Origin: Ramazzottius varieornatus
Lineage: Eukaryota > Animalia > Tardigrada
Length of the DNA: 64,000 nt
Assembly: GCA_001949185.1 (NCBI GenBank)
Contig: BDGG01000008.1
Coordinates: forward strand, 1,364,001-1,428,000
Reading direction: 5' to 3'
Shown: positions 46,670-64,000 of the stretch, piece after piece
Numbering within the stretch: position 1 is the stretch's first letter
How the letters are laid out: every line of letters begins with the position of its first letter
Program-made: the position numbers and the translations under genes
Notes under the pieces: generated by a model
Database searches by the model: none
The model's input: the letters and a program-made list of their open reading frames with translations, nothing else
Told to the model about the DNA's origin: nothing

Positions 46670-49600
46670 GGCCAGTTTATGGCTCTGAGTACAGTGGCGT
46701 CTATTCACAGCCAAAAACGGCCTTGACAATTTTCTACGGTAGGAAGAAGGCACGATTTTAACGAACGTTCCTCGAACCCTCTTGTTGTAGTCCTTTCAGG
46801 ACTCTCGAAGATCCTAGACATACCTGGTTTGAAGGAGAAGCGTGGGTTGGTGTCGACATTGGCTACTCGAGTACTTCAAGACAGGGCATGGCGCTGGGAG
46901 GATAGCGCATACTGCTGGAGCGTTCCGACTTGCTCGTGAGGCCTGCTGAGTAAGAGGGTAGAAACAGTGGACGAGATGATGAAGCGATGGTTTCCTGCGA
47001 AGAAAGGATTCTGAAACACAGCAGCATATTAGCATACAGTGAGCATTGTAAACAGGGATTCAGAGCTGCGCTAATGTTTGATACGCATGGTCTGCGTGGA
47101 AGTCGAACATGCTGCACATTGATCCTGCCTGCTCAATGCAAGTTTGTTGATCGATGACTATTCATCATGCCTATCTTACCGCGAGTTGTCCCATCTTGTG
47201 CTCAAACTGAACCCCGAATGAAAAAGCAGAAAAAGGAAAAGCAGAAGGTAGCAGTTGAAATTTAGACAGGATATACCGGAAATATTAATAAAATATTGGC
47301 AAAATACGCCACGTTGCAATGACCAGTGCCCAGTATATTATAGAGGGCGCTGTTAGGATAGTAATGACACTGATCAGGAAGAGAAACAATGATGGTGGGC
47401 CTGGTGGCTGAGCGGCCACGGTGATTACGTGAAAAGCACGGACTCAACCATTTTGCTACGAAATCTTTCATTGTAAATTTTCGGCTAAGTTAGGTCCTTC
47501 AGGCTCGTCGTACTGCTCGATAAACAGTTAATATGATCCACAACTGCAAATACAGTCTAATAAGTCGGACCTTTCATGTATATTTATTAGAGCGGAAGCC
47601 GTGTGACTGGACGGGCGTCTTGTAAAACCGCTCCTTAATCATGGCGACGCCGTAGAGACATCCTAGAATGACCATATGATAAATGATTAAGACAGCTTCA
47701 TTAGGAAGAAGGAGTCAAGTCTTTCTGTTTGAGAAGGATTCCTCCGACATGTTTCACTGATAAAGTCACGGCTAACGTGGACCATTGGCCCAGCTTTTCT
47801 TAATTTATCAGTGCGCTTGTTAGGAAAGAGGATGGAGTCTGTCAATTTAAAAGATCTGTTAATCATCATGTGGTCACTTGTTAATGGTTGTCCATGTCGC
47901 CTGATTAGACTGGACATCTCTGCTGCAAGTGGAAGGGATCTTCCGCACAAACAACGCTACTGTCCCTGTCCCAACCCCGCATGCTCAGGTTACACTCACC
48001 ATCCTCCACATGCCGCCCTGATTACAAAATACCCATGTTGCATGCAAAGACAGAGAAATGTGGTTGTGATAAATCATCTGTGCTTCGTAAGATGTTCGGG
48101 GAGTTCATTGCGTCCGCACCGCCACTAAACAAAAACACGTGTCCTTCTTTGATCTAAAAAAGAAAAGTACTGCTATAGCGCTCTGGGCTTTTGCTTCGGA
48201 AACTTCTGCCTCATATTCCAATTTTAAAAAAAAACAATTTCCCGCGGTTCAGGTTTGATATACAGTGCGGCAGCTGGGCAGATGCTTTGAGCCAGATCGT
48301 CAACTCAAGTGGCGCATGTTTTCATCGTTGCTGGCTGGAAGCGTGCGCCAGTTGTAGAACGGTTCTAGTTCAATTCATTTGCCTAGCTCCCATATGCATG
48401 CTTATGGTATTGAAGACGGAACGATGTGGACAAGAATGAAAACGAAAGCTCCTCTTTTCTAAAGTTTGGCAGTGGTTCACTGTGGAGCCTAAGCAGCAAG
48501 CTGCAGGTGCATGGATAAATTTGTTGTACTGTAATATCTTTTGCCAGAAGCCCAAAAGTAATGCAAATCGGATATAATATATATTTCCCTTTCCGGCTGA
48601 TTGTCTATTTTGTTTGGACATTGGCCAAATACAGAGCATCAAGTTTCCTTCCCTGTTTTGGTCCGCAGACATGGGCGAGTCTATCTAGATCCGCTGCCAG
48701 TTGCTGTCACGCTGTGCGCCCACAGTGAGCTGTTGAAACCCGATCTTCGCTTTGGGCTGTGGCATGTTAAAGGTTAGGGGAAAAAAGAGATCAACATCCA
48801 TAAGCAAAGTATTTTTAGTTCTTCACTTTGAAACAGAAGCCCGATGCCCACGCACGTACTAAATGCTACACTGTAATGGAGGAAGAACGTCATACACATG
48901 AGGAAGGACGGAAGGACGTGACTGTGAAACGTCGATCTGCTTGAGAAATATGTTTCTCCAATGTTATTCCATCCTGAGCTCTTCTCATACAGTCTAAATT
49001 GCCACATTTCGCTTAGCCCAGCAGTTTTCCATCCATCCCTTCTAGAGTTAATTACGCCCTGCCAAAACGATTTGACTTTCAATGGGAATATCTTAAACAG
49101 TTTCCGGTGTTGTCTTTTCCGCATTCCGTGACTAACCGCGCCGCCATTCTCGATTCTGTCGCGGAGGAATCTAAACAGGACATCCGATCGACGCACCTAT
49201 CAAGTGTGTGAATCTCCTTCATGGGAAAGATGAGGAAGAGCAGCGCGATGGCGGCTGACCACTCTGAACAGTCTGTCCACAACGTGTTTGCCAGATGGGT
49301 TTAGCGTCATCGTTAACACTCGCACAAGACAGTCGAACCTCTTTCTTCTTCATCCGCAATCCTCCTCACTGGCCTATTCTACTTGGGACAGCAGCACATG
49401 ATCTACATATCTCGTAATCTTGTGCACGCTCCTGAGAACAGAGAAGATGTGAGACGAAGATTATCACTAAAGTCTTGTGAGAGCTCTCCGAAGGATAGCC
49501 GTTAATTACTGGCCCAACTAGCCCATGATCATCCATGATCTAGTTCGATTTTGACAAGGAAGTGGTTGCACATGCTCCGAAAACTGACCACTGTCTTTAC

Positions 49601-51221
49601 TTCACTCTTCGCAACCATTGCGCATGCCACCAGCCCAAGTCGATCTTCCTTGTTTGCCTAATTTTTCTGCATATCTTTGGGATTAGACGACAGTTTTGAA
49701 TCGACATTGTATCGGCGGATGAAGTATAACGTTAACATTCGTCTCTACTGGAAGTCGGCGTGACGTGGGCCGGAAGTCCCCAAAGGTGAGTTGGACTGCT
49801 TTTCCAGTCTATAATTTGCGGCGATTTTTCGATTTGAAATTGCTGTTTCAATCTGACGTCATGAGGAAACGCCCTGAGTTCATTTTCTATTAACGGTCAC
49901 GTCGTTACTCGACGCAATAACCTTTGATATCCTTCAATGCAAGTTTTATAGCACCTGATGCAGGGAAAAGTAACGTTTCATTTAGGATTCTGAATATTCC
50001 TATGCTCACGCGAGTGTGATGCGGTACCCAGCACCCAACCTTTTCTCCCTGTACCGTTCTTGCTGCTGAAATCTAAAGGTTCTTTGTGCGGCGGATGGGG
50101 AGTGCGGAAGCATCGGGATTGTTTGTTCATTCTAAACCGAGTTCTTATTAGTGTGGTGACGCGGAACTGATAGAAAAAACAGGCTATCACCTTTCGCTCA
50201 TGTCATTGCATGAGGAGTCTTCCAACATGTGTGTTTTGTTGATGACAGCCCGGACTTCCTGGCAAACTCATCATTACAATACCGACTGCAGTCACAGCTA
50301 AACAGCCGCTGTTATGACGTCCAAAACAGTCTTCCCTAGTTTGCGAAAATTGATCTGATCTTCTTACTAACTTTTAAATCTTACTTAGAATTCTTGAAAT
50401 AGCTTCGCAAATGAATTAAACTTGATCGTTATTTTAAGTGGCGCACGTTTCCATTGCTTTGGGCTAAACGTGCACGCCACTTTGGAAAACAATCATTTCC
50501 AAGTTATTGCCGAAGTTCCAATTCTCGTTACAAAAATAGCGTTTCTGAAAGAGCTCTGTGCGAAGCGAGTAAGGCAAAATGGCCCAATTATTGTTCGACT
50601 CTTGATGATTGCAGAGCCTTTTTTCTGATGGCTGACAAATGAAGGCAAGCGTTGGCGTTCGTCGAAAGACAAAAATCATTTGGCTCGAAATATCATCATC
50701 AGCCCAAGTCGATCATTTTGTTCTCATGTCTCTTTTTGGCCGGCTAGCTTGATGATGGGCCCACTGATTGATCAGGAGCTTAGCGCTGTGCCAAGACCCA
50801 AAATGCCTCAGCCGGCTGATGCGCGTGTGGGTTGAGCCGAGCGCTTAGGCAAAGGGCTTTTCAATTTCAAGGAAGGGCTCAGTGTGTTGATCCCACACAC
50901 AAATACCTCAATCATATTTTTCCTCAGCGCGTTGATTATCAAATATCAAGAGGTTCATTGAGAAGTGAAGAAATTCCAGACTGGGTTCAGTGCAGAGCGG
51001 ACTCAGCTTTTCAGCGTGGGCGCTGGCTGACGTAAACAAGCGCAGATTACAGCACATCTTCCCTGACGTCTTTCACATCCTGATCACAATTAACCATTTC
51101 CTTTTCCTACGCGCTAAAATCGTCCTAGATATTTGCTGTGGAGTGATAATCTTACCGGCTTCACATGCCGCATTTCAGGTTTGATTGGCTCGATCGAAAG
51201 TACAAGGAACGGACGGGGAAA

Positions 51222-55562
<4,341 letters not shown>

Positions 55563-56557
55563 GAAGCTTCGAGGGACAGCCATCCGAGTGAGACGAAGAC
55601 TGATGCTTTTCTGCCTCTATACTTTCAAGACAAAATTTCATTTTGTACTCTGTAGTCCGGTAATGTAAACGAGAAACTCGATCACTGTATTACGATAGAA
55701 TTGTTACCTGACTGTCACCCGGCCACGGTAGGATATTAGTCTCGATGTTGCCAGATCTTACCTGCTGCTAAGTGTGATACTGTTCCTTCCCTCAGTTCTT
55801 GCCCTTTGTTAAACATCCTGTTTTGAGCAATCTTGCATTTATCTCAAAAACTACAGATTTGCATGGTTGATGGTTGTCCGGGTATCGTGGACTTTAAACC
55901 CATCTCTTAGCCATCTCTTACGAGGCACCAACGATAAGGAAACAATAACCGCTTTAGATTCGCTTTTCGAGCACCCGGTTCTCCATATCACCGTACAGTA
56001 GGTCCGTTGCCAGCACTGTCACCTGTAATCTCTCAAGTACCATAGATAAGCGTTAAAGTTCACTCCGTCCAAGTCACATCGACAAGGCAAGGCTCAGCTC
56101 AGCTCAGGACTTCCATGAAATTCCATAAAGACAAATCTATCTCTACTGTGGTCGATAGTCTGTGTGCCCTTGGTAAGGTCAACGTTTGCAATCGCACCAG
56201 GTCCTGCTATAAGATTATTTTTGGTGACGGAAGGGTCTCAAGAAGCGCTTTCTCTAAGAAGTGAACCCGCTGTCGAAGGTACGTCCCTTATAAGCTTCCA
56301 TTTCATGGCTAAAGTAGTACACAGAGCTGAGGAAACTGTCTCGTCGGGGATACGCACGACTGTTGACTGTGCCGTCTGCTGCTTCCGGTGCGTGCGCAAC
56401 GAATGATCTCATTGGTCTGGGTTCTGGCATGAAACGCAACATGGAGTACGGTTGCCAAAGTTCTTCACAACTTCTAAAACGGGACCGTACATACCAAACC
56501 GAATACTGCAAAGAAGTTCTGAGCAAAGAAGTTTTGAGAAAAGAAGCTGCATGACTT

Positions 56558-57065
56558 ATGGAGCCCAACTCTAAGGAAGTGTGGCTGGTAGTTGCCGCAT
56601 CTGCAGCGGTGGCTCTTTTTATTTTTGCTCTCTTCGTTGTTTTTCTGTTCTGGTGGAGAAGGAAGCTCAAGGACCTCAAAGCTCGGTCCCGTCAAAATGA
56701 TTGCGTGACATACTATCCTTTTGACGATCCTGCCCGCGCATGTGGTATATCGAACATCGGCTACGACATGGAGGACTCGCGGTCCTTGAGCCCAAGCGAG
56801 GTGAGCTGGGTCCCAAACAGAGCGACCAAACCCGGAATAAGCCATATTAGAAACTTGATTGGGCGAAATGGGGTGTCTATCATACACCTACTCGTACTGT
56901 TAGTGCACTTCTGGATTTTCTCCATTGTCCACTCGAGATACATTCTTGCAGGCTGCTCGAGAAAACGGCCCTTCCGAGTTGCTCCATGGGACTTCCGTTG
57001 ATTGCTCGTCGGAGACAGGCAGCCGGGCCGTCTCGCCCGATCGCGAGTCCCCTCCAAAGTTCTAA
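56558..57065 (+). CDS. Small single-pass (type III) membrane protein, 118 aa, exons 56558-56800 and 56952-57065
   Basis: Very short ectodomain, TM VWLVVAASAAVALFIFALFVVFLFWW, RRK stop-transfer, and a phase-0 GTGAGC...TTGCAG intron. Confidence 0.65.
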
Positions 57066-59006
57066 GGGTTTACTGTAGCCCATGGTGGATCGCCATGTCG
57101 CTACAACTACCAAATGGTGTGTGGAGCTTTAAACGTAGATTGAATATGTTCCGAATTTGTCAACTGGCGAATTTGTTCACTCATGTGCGGTGAGGTATTT
57201 TGCGATTTTTTGTTTTTCAGGCATCAATCATTCGCATCGGTGACAGATTCTTTCTGAACTCTGTGACAGCTAGGTTTTCGGCAACTAGATACGCGGTGCT
57301 ACTGGAGTCATGAAACTGCATGCAGCATGTATGTGAGTATCCATCATCCGTAAGCATGTGGTGAGAAATGATCTGTGGCGTGGGCCGCCAGTCCAACAAG
57401 AAATCAACAAGAAGAACATGTCAAGAAACCGTCGGAAATCACTTTGTTTACCAAAAATTACAGCAAAAAGAATGCTTTGAAAAACTGTAAAGTCGGCAAG
57501 GAGTGGCGCAGTTGGAGTCTCTGAAATATCGGAAAGTTCCGTTTGTCTATGAGAAGACCCAGGGGACAACACAGCGATGTTCTTTTCCTGACCACGTGAA
57601 TTCAGCTCCTGATTTAAATTTTCTTGTTGGCAAAGCCTACATGGTCGAGCAGTACGAAAATGGGTAAACACGAGATACCAGGAAGTACGTTCTTGCGGTT
57701 ACTGATTCGCCAGCGATGCCGGGTCCCTCCAGGAGAAGGCAATTTGCTTGTGTTGGAATTTCCCATCTGCTGCTGAAGCCGGTCGACATGTTGCGGAGAA
57801 GAATCTGTTTTGCAACCAGGAGATGTATATGGTAGAATTCTCTTTGTTGGCGACGCCTTTGGATTTCCGATCTCCAGCTCGGGTGAACAAATACGCCTAT
57901 ACCCGTGCTCGTGTTCTCTGAAGTCTCCGATTGAACAGTCTCGGTCCGTTAAGCTGTTCCCGGTAAGTCACATGCCTGCTCAAACTTATCATCTGATAGA
58001 TCGCATCCGCAGTCCCCGAGTATAGTCAGAACACAGGGGTCACGCAGAACGAACAATCGACAATGCAAAATCATGGCTAAGATGACTCAGCAGTTCTGCT
58101 ACATTCAAGCCTTCAAGGTTCCTTGTTGCGTCAGCTGTTTCGTTGTATTGTTTTCACGTTGTTCGCTGATTCCGACTGGACATTCCGGCAGCGAACAGGT
58201 TGTGGATCAACCTGTTCGCTGCGCCCTTCCTGTATAGGAGTTGGCTCCACTTTTCACGATGACCGAACAACCATTTTTGCAGGTCGTCGAAGAGGGGCGA
58301 CCTAAGCCGACCACTCGTGATCAAGTTGCCGTCCAACAAAATTTCTCGTTTCTCGGATGACCAGCCGCCTTGCATATCTGGTAGAAGCTGCAGTGTACAA
58401 AGAAAATATTTTGCTTCGGCTTTCAGCCTACCATATTTCATTAATTTATCAAACTTGGAAGGGGAAAAACAGTGGACGTTGCTCTACAGCCAGAAGCGGC
58501 AGACTGACCTCCCGAAGATCCGGGCACTCACCGGAAACCTTTGTCTAATTTCTTTACATCCGTCTCGAGTATAAAATACTTTCCTGTTTAGAATACTGTC
58601 CAATGTGCATAATCCTGCACATGATTTCTTTGCTGCTTTCCCCTGGACGCAGTCACGCAAAACCAAAGATGGTCAGTCTTTTCGTTTCAGTTTTGTAAAA
58701 CTTTGTTGTAAAAAGTTGTCCACCGCAGACCGCACTAAGGTCTCCCTCTTACTTCTACCTGTATGTCTACAGATTTAAACAGTAATATAATTAAAGAATA
58801 AAGGGAAAATTGCGACAGAACTGACCACTTGCTCAGTAAACAGTGACGCGATTCGGCAAACAGTAATGCTACATGTCCCGTATCAAAACCACACCGAAAG
58901 CGAAATTCTCGAGGCTTGCGCAAGAAACCGGCACGGAAACAATGTGCGTGCAACGTACAAACGTGCCGAAAGGACAGGAAGAACATTACATCGGACCGGT
59001 TCAGAA

Positions 59007-62000
59007 TTACTTTGCGGCTACTGCAGTTTGTCCCTCAAGATGTGTCTTCGGAATCTCTTTCGTGTCCTTCTCGTTCTTCTTTTCGGTTTCGGGTTCATCT
59101 TCGTGCAGGATGAATAACTTTGACAGCTCGCTCAAATCTTCAAAGGTCTTTTGTGCCGTAACAATCTATTACCAACACAATGGTACAACAAGTTATTTTC
59201 CATGGCTGGACCGTGCGATGAGATCTCTTACCTTTCGCGCTGTTGAAATATGACTGAAGACATTCCATAATAAAACTCCGACAATTATTCTGTCTTTCAG
59301 ATAAAATATCACTCCCCGACCATAGTCGTCGGAAGAGGCATCGGGAATCTTCAAAGAAGACAACTGGAAGTTCTCAACCTTCTCCTACAGACCAGCCAAC
59401 TTTGACACTGAACCCATCGTATGATATTTCAAAAAAGAACCCAAGTTTCTTTGAACATACTTGAGAAGCGTCACCTTTCAGCGAAGGACTGTCTCTACTT
59501 CCTGGTAAAGCAGAATCTTTGGCGAAGACCGCGACAGTCTCAAGGGAAGAGTCCACCAAGCCGACGGCCTCAAAACCAATTTCTGGGCCAATATCAGACC
59601 TATTGCAGCAGAGCGACAAAGAAATGATTCAGTCCAGCCGCTGTAACGGTCAAAACTGAAAGCTGAATAGTGCTTACCAAAACATGGACTGATGGTTGAA
59701 AGACTTTCCCAATCCGGCCATATTTTCGCCAGCGGTTCGACCCGTTGCAACCTACAAGGAAGTAAACAACCATGAGGGACCAATCCGACACATGACGATA
59801 TGCATGCCTTACCGCATGGTCGTGATGTTCTATCCTTCTTCGTCCCAGTGTAACATCAAAGAAACTGGCAGCGTCTCCAGCCTATAGTACGAAGAAAAAA
59901 GCACTTCAAATACGTGCAGATGGACCAAACACAGCACAGGTGATCGACTACAATTTCGAGAGTGACGACAGCGCTAGTCAAGACCGAGCTTACCACCCAA
60001 AGGTTCTTCTCAGCCTGCAGTTCCGCGTTAACGCGATAACCACCTATTTCCTGGTCAACTTCCAAGCCAGCTCCGGCTGCCAGGTCGGTGTTGGGTGTCA
60101 CTCCCACGGCCACTACCACATGATCAGCCACCACCTAAGAATGCGAATTAATGTGAGGTTGCTAACTAGGCTGAGACACATCGAAGAATCGTACCTGTTG
60201 GTTATCTTTGAGTTTGAGGTTGACACCTTCGGCCGTCAGGTTTGCCGAGACGACGCTGTTGTGAGGGATCACCTTTACGCCGTCCACTGCAACGGAAAAC
60301 AAGCAATGACGGTAGGTTGTTATACAGAATAAAGAAAATATGGTCTTCAAGTAACCCCGAATCGTCAAATAAAGTTCACATTAGTTACCTGAGACCATCT
60401 TTTGGGTCAAATGATCACTGAGGTATTCAGGCAAAATTTTCGAAAGACATCCCTTTTCAGGGAAAATTTGGACAACCTCAAGACCCTGATCTTTTCCGCG
60501 CCTCGAAAGCGAGGAAGCAATCTCACTGCCAAGGAATCCCCCACCGATCACGGCAATCCTCTTGGCAGACTTCATTGCAGTATTCACGTCCCGGAAACTG
60601 TCGATCTAGAACAAAGCACAAAAGTCGGTAAAAAAAACTTCTCGCAATTACAACTAGACAGTATATCCCACTTACCCCACGGTACAGCGTTACTCTTTCT
60701 GCCAGCTCTTCTGAAGCGTTGTCAAATGCCGGTAAACTACGGGGTGAAGCGCCTGTCAAGAAACGAAGAGAATGAATACAGAAGCAGGTTTCCGCGCTTC
60801 ATGACACACGAACTGAAAGTAGAGCCTACCAGGAGCTAAAAGACACCGGTCGTAGTGAATTTCCGTCCCATTTTCCAGCACTACTTTCTGAGCATTGGGA
60901 TCGAGTCCAGTCACTCGGGTATTCTTCAGCACTGCAAGTCCACCGTTTTCAGTGTAAGGAAGAGCTCTGGGTTCCAGAAAGAAGTCCCGATGCTCGAAGA
61001 ACAGACTGAAAGAAACTTGGAATAGATAAGTGATGACTCTTTGAAGTGGAGTACGTACGCCGCAACAACTACGCGCCTATTTTCTTCATCACGCTCACCT
61101 CCGTTCCTTTCCATTCATCGCGCGGAACTTCAAGTTATCCTTTTGCGTGTCGTCTGAGAACCACATTTCCTTCGTCAGAGGTGGTCTCATGTATGGCGGA
61201 TAGTACTCATCCGTTACTACCAAAACCTAAAAGGAAAATGAAAAATTGACAAAGCCAATCTGCAATAAAAAATCATGAAACATCTTCAAAAGAGCAAAAT
61301 TTACCGCGGCGGATGGATTATTCGTACGTATGGCTCTGAAGGCAGCAAATGCGGCAGTGCCGCCTCCAACAATAAGGTAAGGAACGTGGCTTGGAATATC
61401 TGGTGCGTCGTCGGGAACAACCGGGACTGCGTGGGTTGCCGGAGGCTTTGACTTAACTTCCGTCGCCTGCAGCGGCTGAGTCTTCTCTACCGGTGCAAGA
61501 GTCTTCTGTGTCTCTGTGCCTGCGAAACTGGAGGGAACTGTCGCCTCCTTGAAGAGAGCTGTCTCTTCTGGAACCAAAGCGTTCCTTCGCATGACGGCTC
61601 TGTCTTCTAACGGGGGAAGGTGAGCATCAAAGCGCGGCTCCAAGACGGGACTTTCAAAGGCCGGAGGATTTTTCATGAACTTCCTTGGAGCTAGAACTTT
61701 GTCGATATGAAATGGATCTGCATACCATATCTGTAAAACAAGCAGGGTGAAACAGAATACCGGCTAATCATATAAAATGAGCCCGAACGCAGTGGGAGGA
61801 ACCATCCGAATCACTCTAAATTTGAGCTACTCGTTGAATGGGCGCAACGTCATATTACGTCATCATGTAACCTGTCCGCTCTGTCATTAGGATTCACGAA
61901 TAACCAATCAAGCCATGACGTCCTGCGCACGTTAAGTAATGATTCCGAAATATGAGGTTTGTTCGTTGGGCAATTCAACTTACGTAGAACAGAGTTCCTC

Positions 62001-62360
62001 CGAGGAAGGCAAGGCTTGCATATAGTTGCATTGAGTACATTCTCTGTTGATTGTCGTAGTTGGTTTGCCATGATCCCTGGGGTATGGGATGGTCGTTCAA
62101 GGAAGCACGTTTGGGGTGTCCTATGACTGGCAGATGAGCCCATGGATCCTCCTCCGTTTCATTCTGCTTGTTGTGTTTCTCCAGATGTCCGGAAGCCAGA
62201 CGAACAACCGGTGTCGCTGGAAGACACACGCAAAAACTGAGCATGCATGAAACACAACAGCTTTATAGAACTTCCGTGCCAACTCACCAAAAGCGTTGCT
62301 TCGCCTCGCGCATAACAGAGCGATGGCCGTCCGCGACGAGGCTAAGCAGAACAACCTCAT
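59007..62360 (-). CDS. AIFM1: Apoptosis-inducing factor, mitochondrial FAD/NADH oxidoreductase; many exons
   Basis: Arg/Ser-rich presequence, [72 protein letters not shown] and [18 protein letters not shown]. Confidence 0.95.
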
Positions 62361-62934
62361 GGTGCAGCTTTACCAGTTGAATGATTCCAAGAGGCAAATA
62401 AAATACTTTGCAAATGGATTATTGGCCACTCATTTTCGATGGCCGATTTGAGGTACTGAGGAAGCAGGAAAGGCAGCCGGCTGATGAGCTTCCAGTGGAC
62501 GCCTTCCTGCGGAGCTGCGCTTTCGACCAAGATAAGCCCTACGCCGAAACTGTCCTTCGATCCTGCAAAGATGATGGTTCTTCCCGTCCAACAGAGGCCA
62601 CGGAAGTGCTAAAAGCTCGCGGAACGTTAGAGTTTAGACCGAGAGGAGAGAGCCACCGGAAATCATTGATTTTTTTGTTTCATGAAATCAGCTGTTTCCC
62701 CGACATCCTCACAGGCGAAGCACCATAGAGCGCCCCGTAGATGCATCCACCGTTTTGGCCAGTAGCAAGGGAGCGCGGTTGGCACGCCATAACCTGCTGC
62801 CAATACACTTCGAGTTCCGGTGTTTGTCTGCTGTTTTGTCCTTGATTCTGCGTAGAAAGCTTAACTTGACGGTTAGCAGTTCTGTTCCTCTCATCTGGTT
62901 ACAGGTTGAAGGGTTCGGCAACAGCGAAGTCACC

Positions 62935-63928
62935 ATGTCCGTGCTCTCCGGACTAAAGTCTGCCGCGAAGGCTTCGGCTGCTGGGTCTGCAAGACTACCT
63001 CCTCTGCCCACCATCGGAGAAATCCTCCGAATGTACCGTCTCAAAGCCCTCAAGCATCTCTCGCAGAACTTCCTTCTGGATACAAAGCTGACCAACAAGG
63101 TCGTCAAAGCAGCAGGCGCTGTGGAAAACTGCTCCGTTTTGGAGGTCGGACCTGGTCCAGGCTGTCTCACTCGGTCCATCCTGAACGCTGGAATACGCGA
63201 CTTGACACTGGTCGAGAAAGATATCCGCTTCATCCCTGCCCTACAGCAGCTTCAAGAAGCCTCTTCCATACCTGTTAGTATACGGCAGGGCGATATTCTA
63301 AAGTACCCTCTACAAGATATCTTCCCCGAAGACAGTGTTCGAGACTGGATGGACGATCAGCTGCCTCCGATTCACGTCATGGCGAATCTCCCCTTCAATA
63401 TCAGCACACCTCTGATTATCCGATGGCTGGAAGACATCTCAACACATTCAGGCCTGTTTCGGTACGGACGAGTACGAATGACGCTCATGTTCCAGCACGA
63501 AGTGGCGCAGAGGATGATTGCCACTTCCGGTGATCTAGAAAGAAGTCGGCTGTCCGTCATGATACAGAATTACTGCAATGTCCAGTACTGCTTCCCAATC
63601 AAAGGTGATGGTGTATGACGTCATTCGCATTTGGTACTTTGGCCATTCTTCTAACGTGGGACATGATGTGTGATGTATGACCTAGGGTGCTATACGTTGT
63701 ACGATATAACGTTACACGATTCATAGGGACGTCGCTCTTGATCGAAGCCTGACCGTCCTTTTCTTTTCGCAGGTTCTTCCTTCATACCAAAACCCGAAGT
63801 AAGTGCCGGCGTCGTACACCTATGGCCTTTGAAGGAACCTGTGATGAAACTACCGTTCAAGCTGACCGAGAAGGTCGTACGGAATACCTTTACGCATAAA
63901 AGGAAGAAAATCCTCAAAGCAATAGAGT
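62935..63928 (+). CDS. TFB1M: Mitochondrial 12S rRNA dimethyladenosine transferase / transcription factor B1 (3' incomplete)
   Basis: RLPPLPTIGEI..Y.L.A.K.LSQNFLLD, VLEVGPGPG, VEKD.RF, NLPFNISTPL, FQHEVAQR, RSRLS and FIPKPEV. Confidence 0.95.
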
Positions 63929-64000
63929 AGGTGTCGCCTGGTATACTTTCAGTAGTGATGCTTAGTGGATTTTACCGTGCTTTTCTAAGATGTATGTTCT

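Noticed and set aside
46800-51200. Several 60-140 aa ORFs in the region upstream of FGFR
   Set aside because: No motifs or consistent exon structure. More likely regulatory or 5' UTR intron sequence.
57200-58900. Possible small minus-strand gene around 58154-58441
   Set aside because: Splice-like sites exist, but no coherent, recognisable protein could be assembled.

Overview
Gene-dense eukaryotic (metazoan) DNA with many short GT-AG introns of about 50-300 nt. The compactness and gene content would fit a tardigrade-like genome; that is an inference, not shown by the sequence. Conserved host genes in order: MRPL32, ERK-type MAPK, HMG20, PINX1, a TNF-receptor-family gene, WDHD1/Ctf4, SLX9/FAM207A, tightly linked MOCS2A+MOCS2B, TRIP4/ASC-1, a divergent tektin, PSMD5, FGFR, AIFM1 and TFB1M (runs off the end). 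Mobile DNA: a LINE 3' fragment, three pogo-like DDE transposons, a two-gene PIF/Harbinger element, several TA-flanked MITEs and two families of fixed-length palindromes. The most striking region is about 40.3-46.7 kb. It holds two catalytically intact DnaQ/DEDDh 3'-5' exonuclease paralogues that look bacterial or viral, each apparently fused to a different partner. One continues into a RIC-8-like segment. The other is predicted to be spliced downstream of a DUF1917/Bles03-like domain and ends in an acidic linker plus a transmembrane tail, an architecture reminiscent of TREX1. A secreted Gly/Tyr-rich peptide resembling nematode NLP/caenacin antimicrobial peptides is also present. All family assignments come from motif recognition by eye; no database searches were run.
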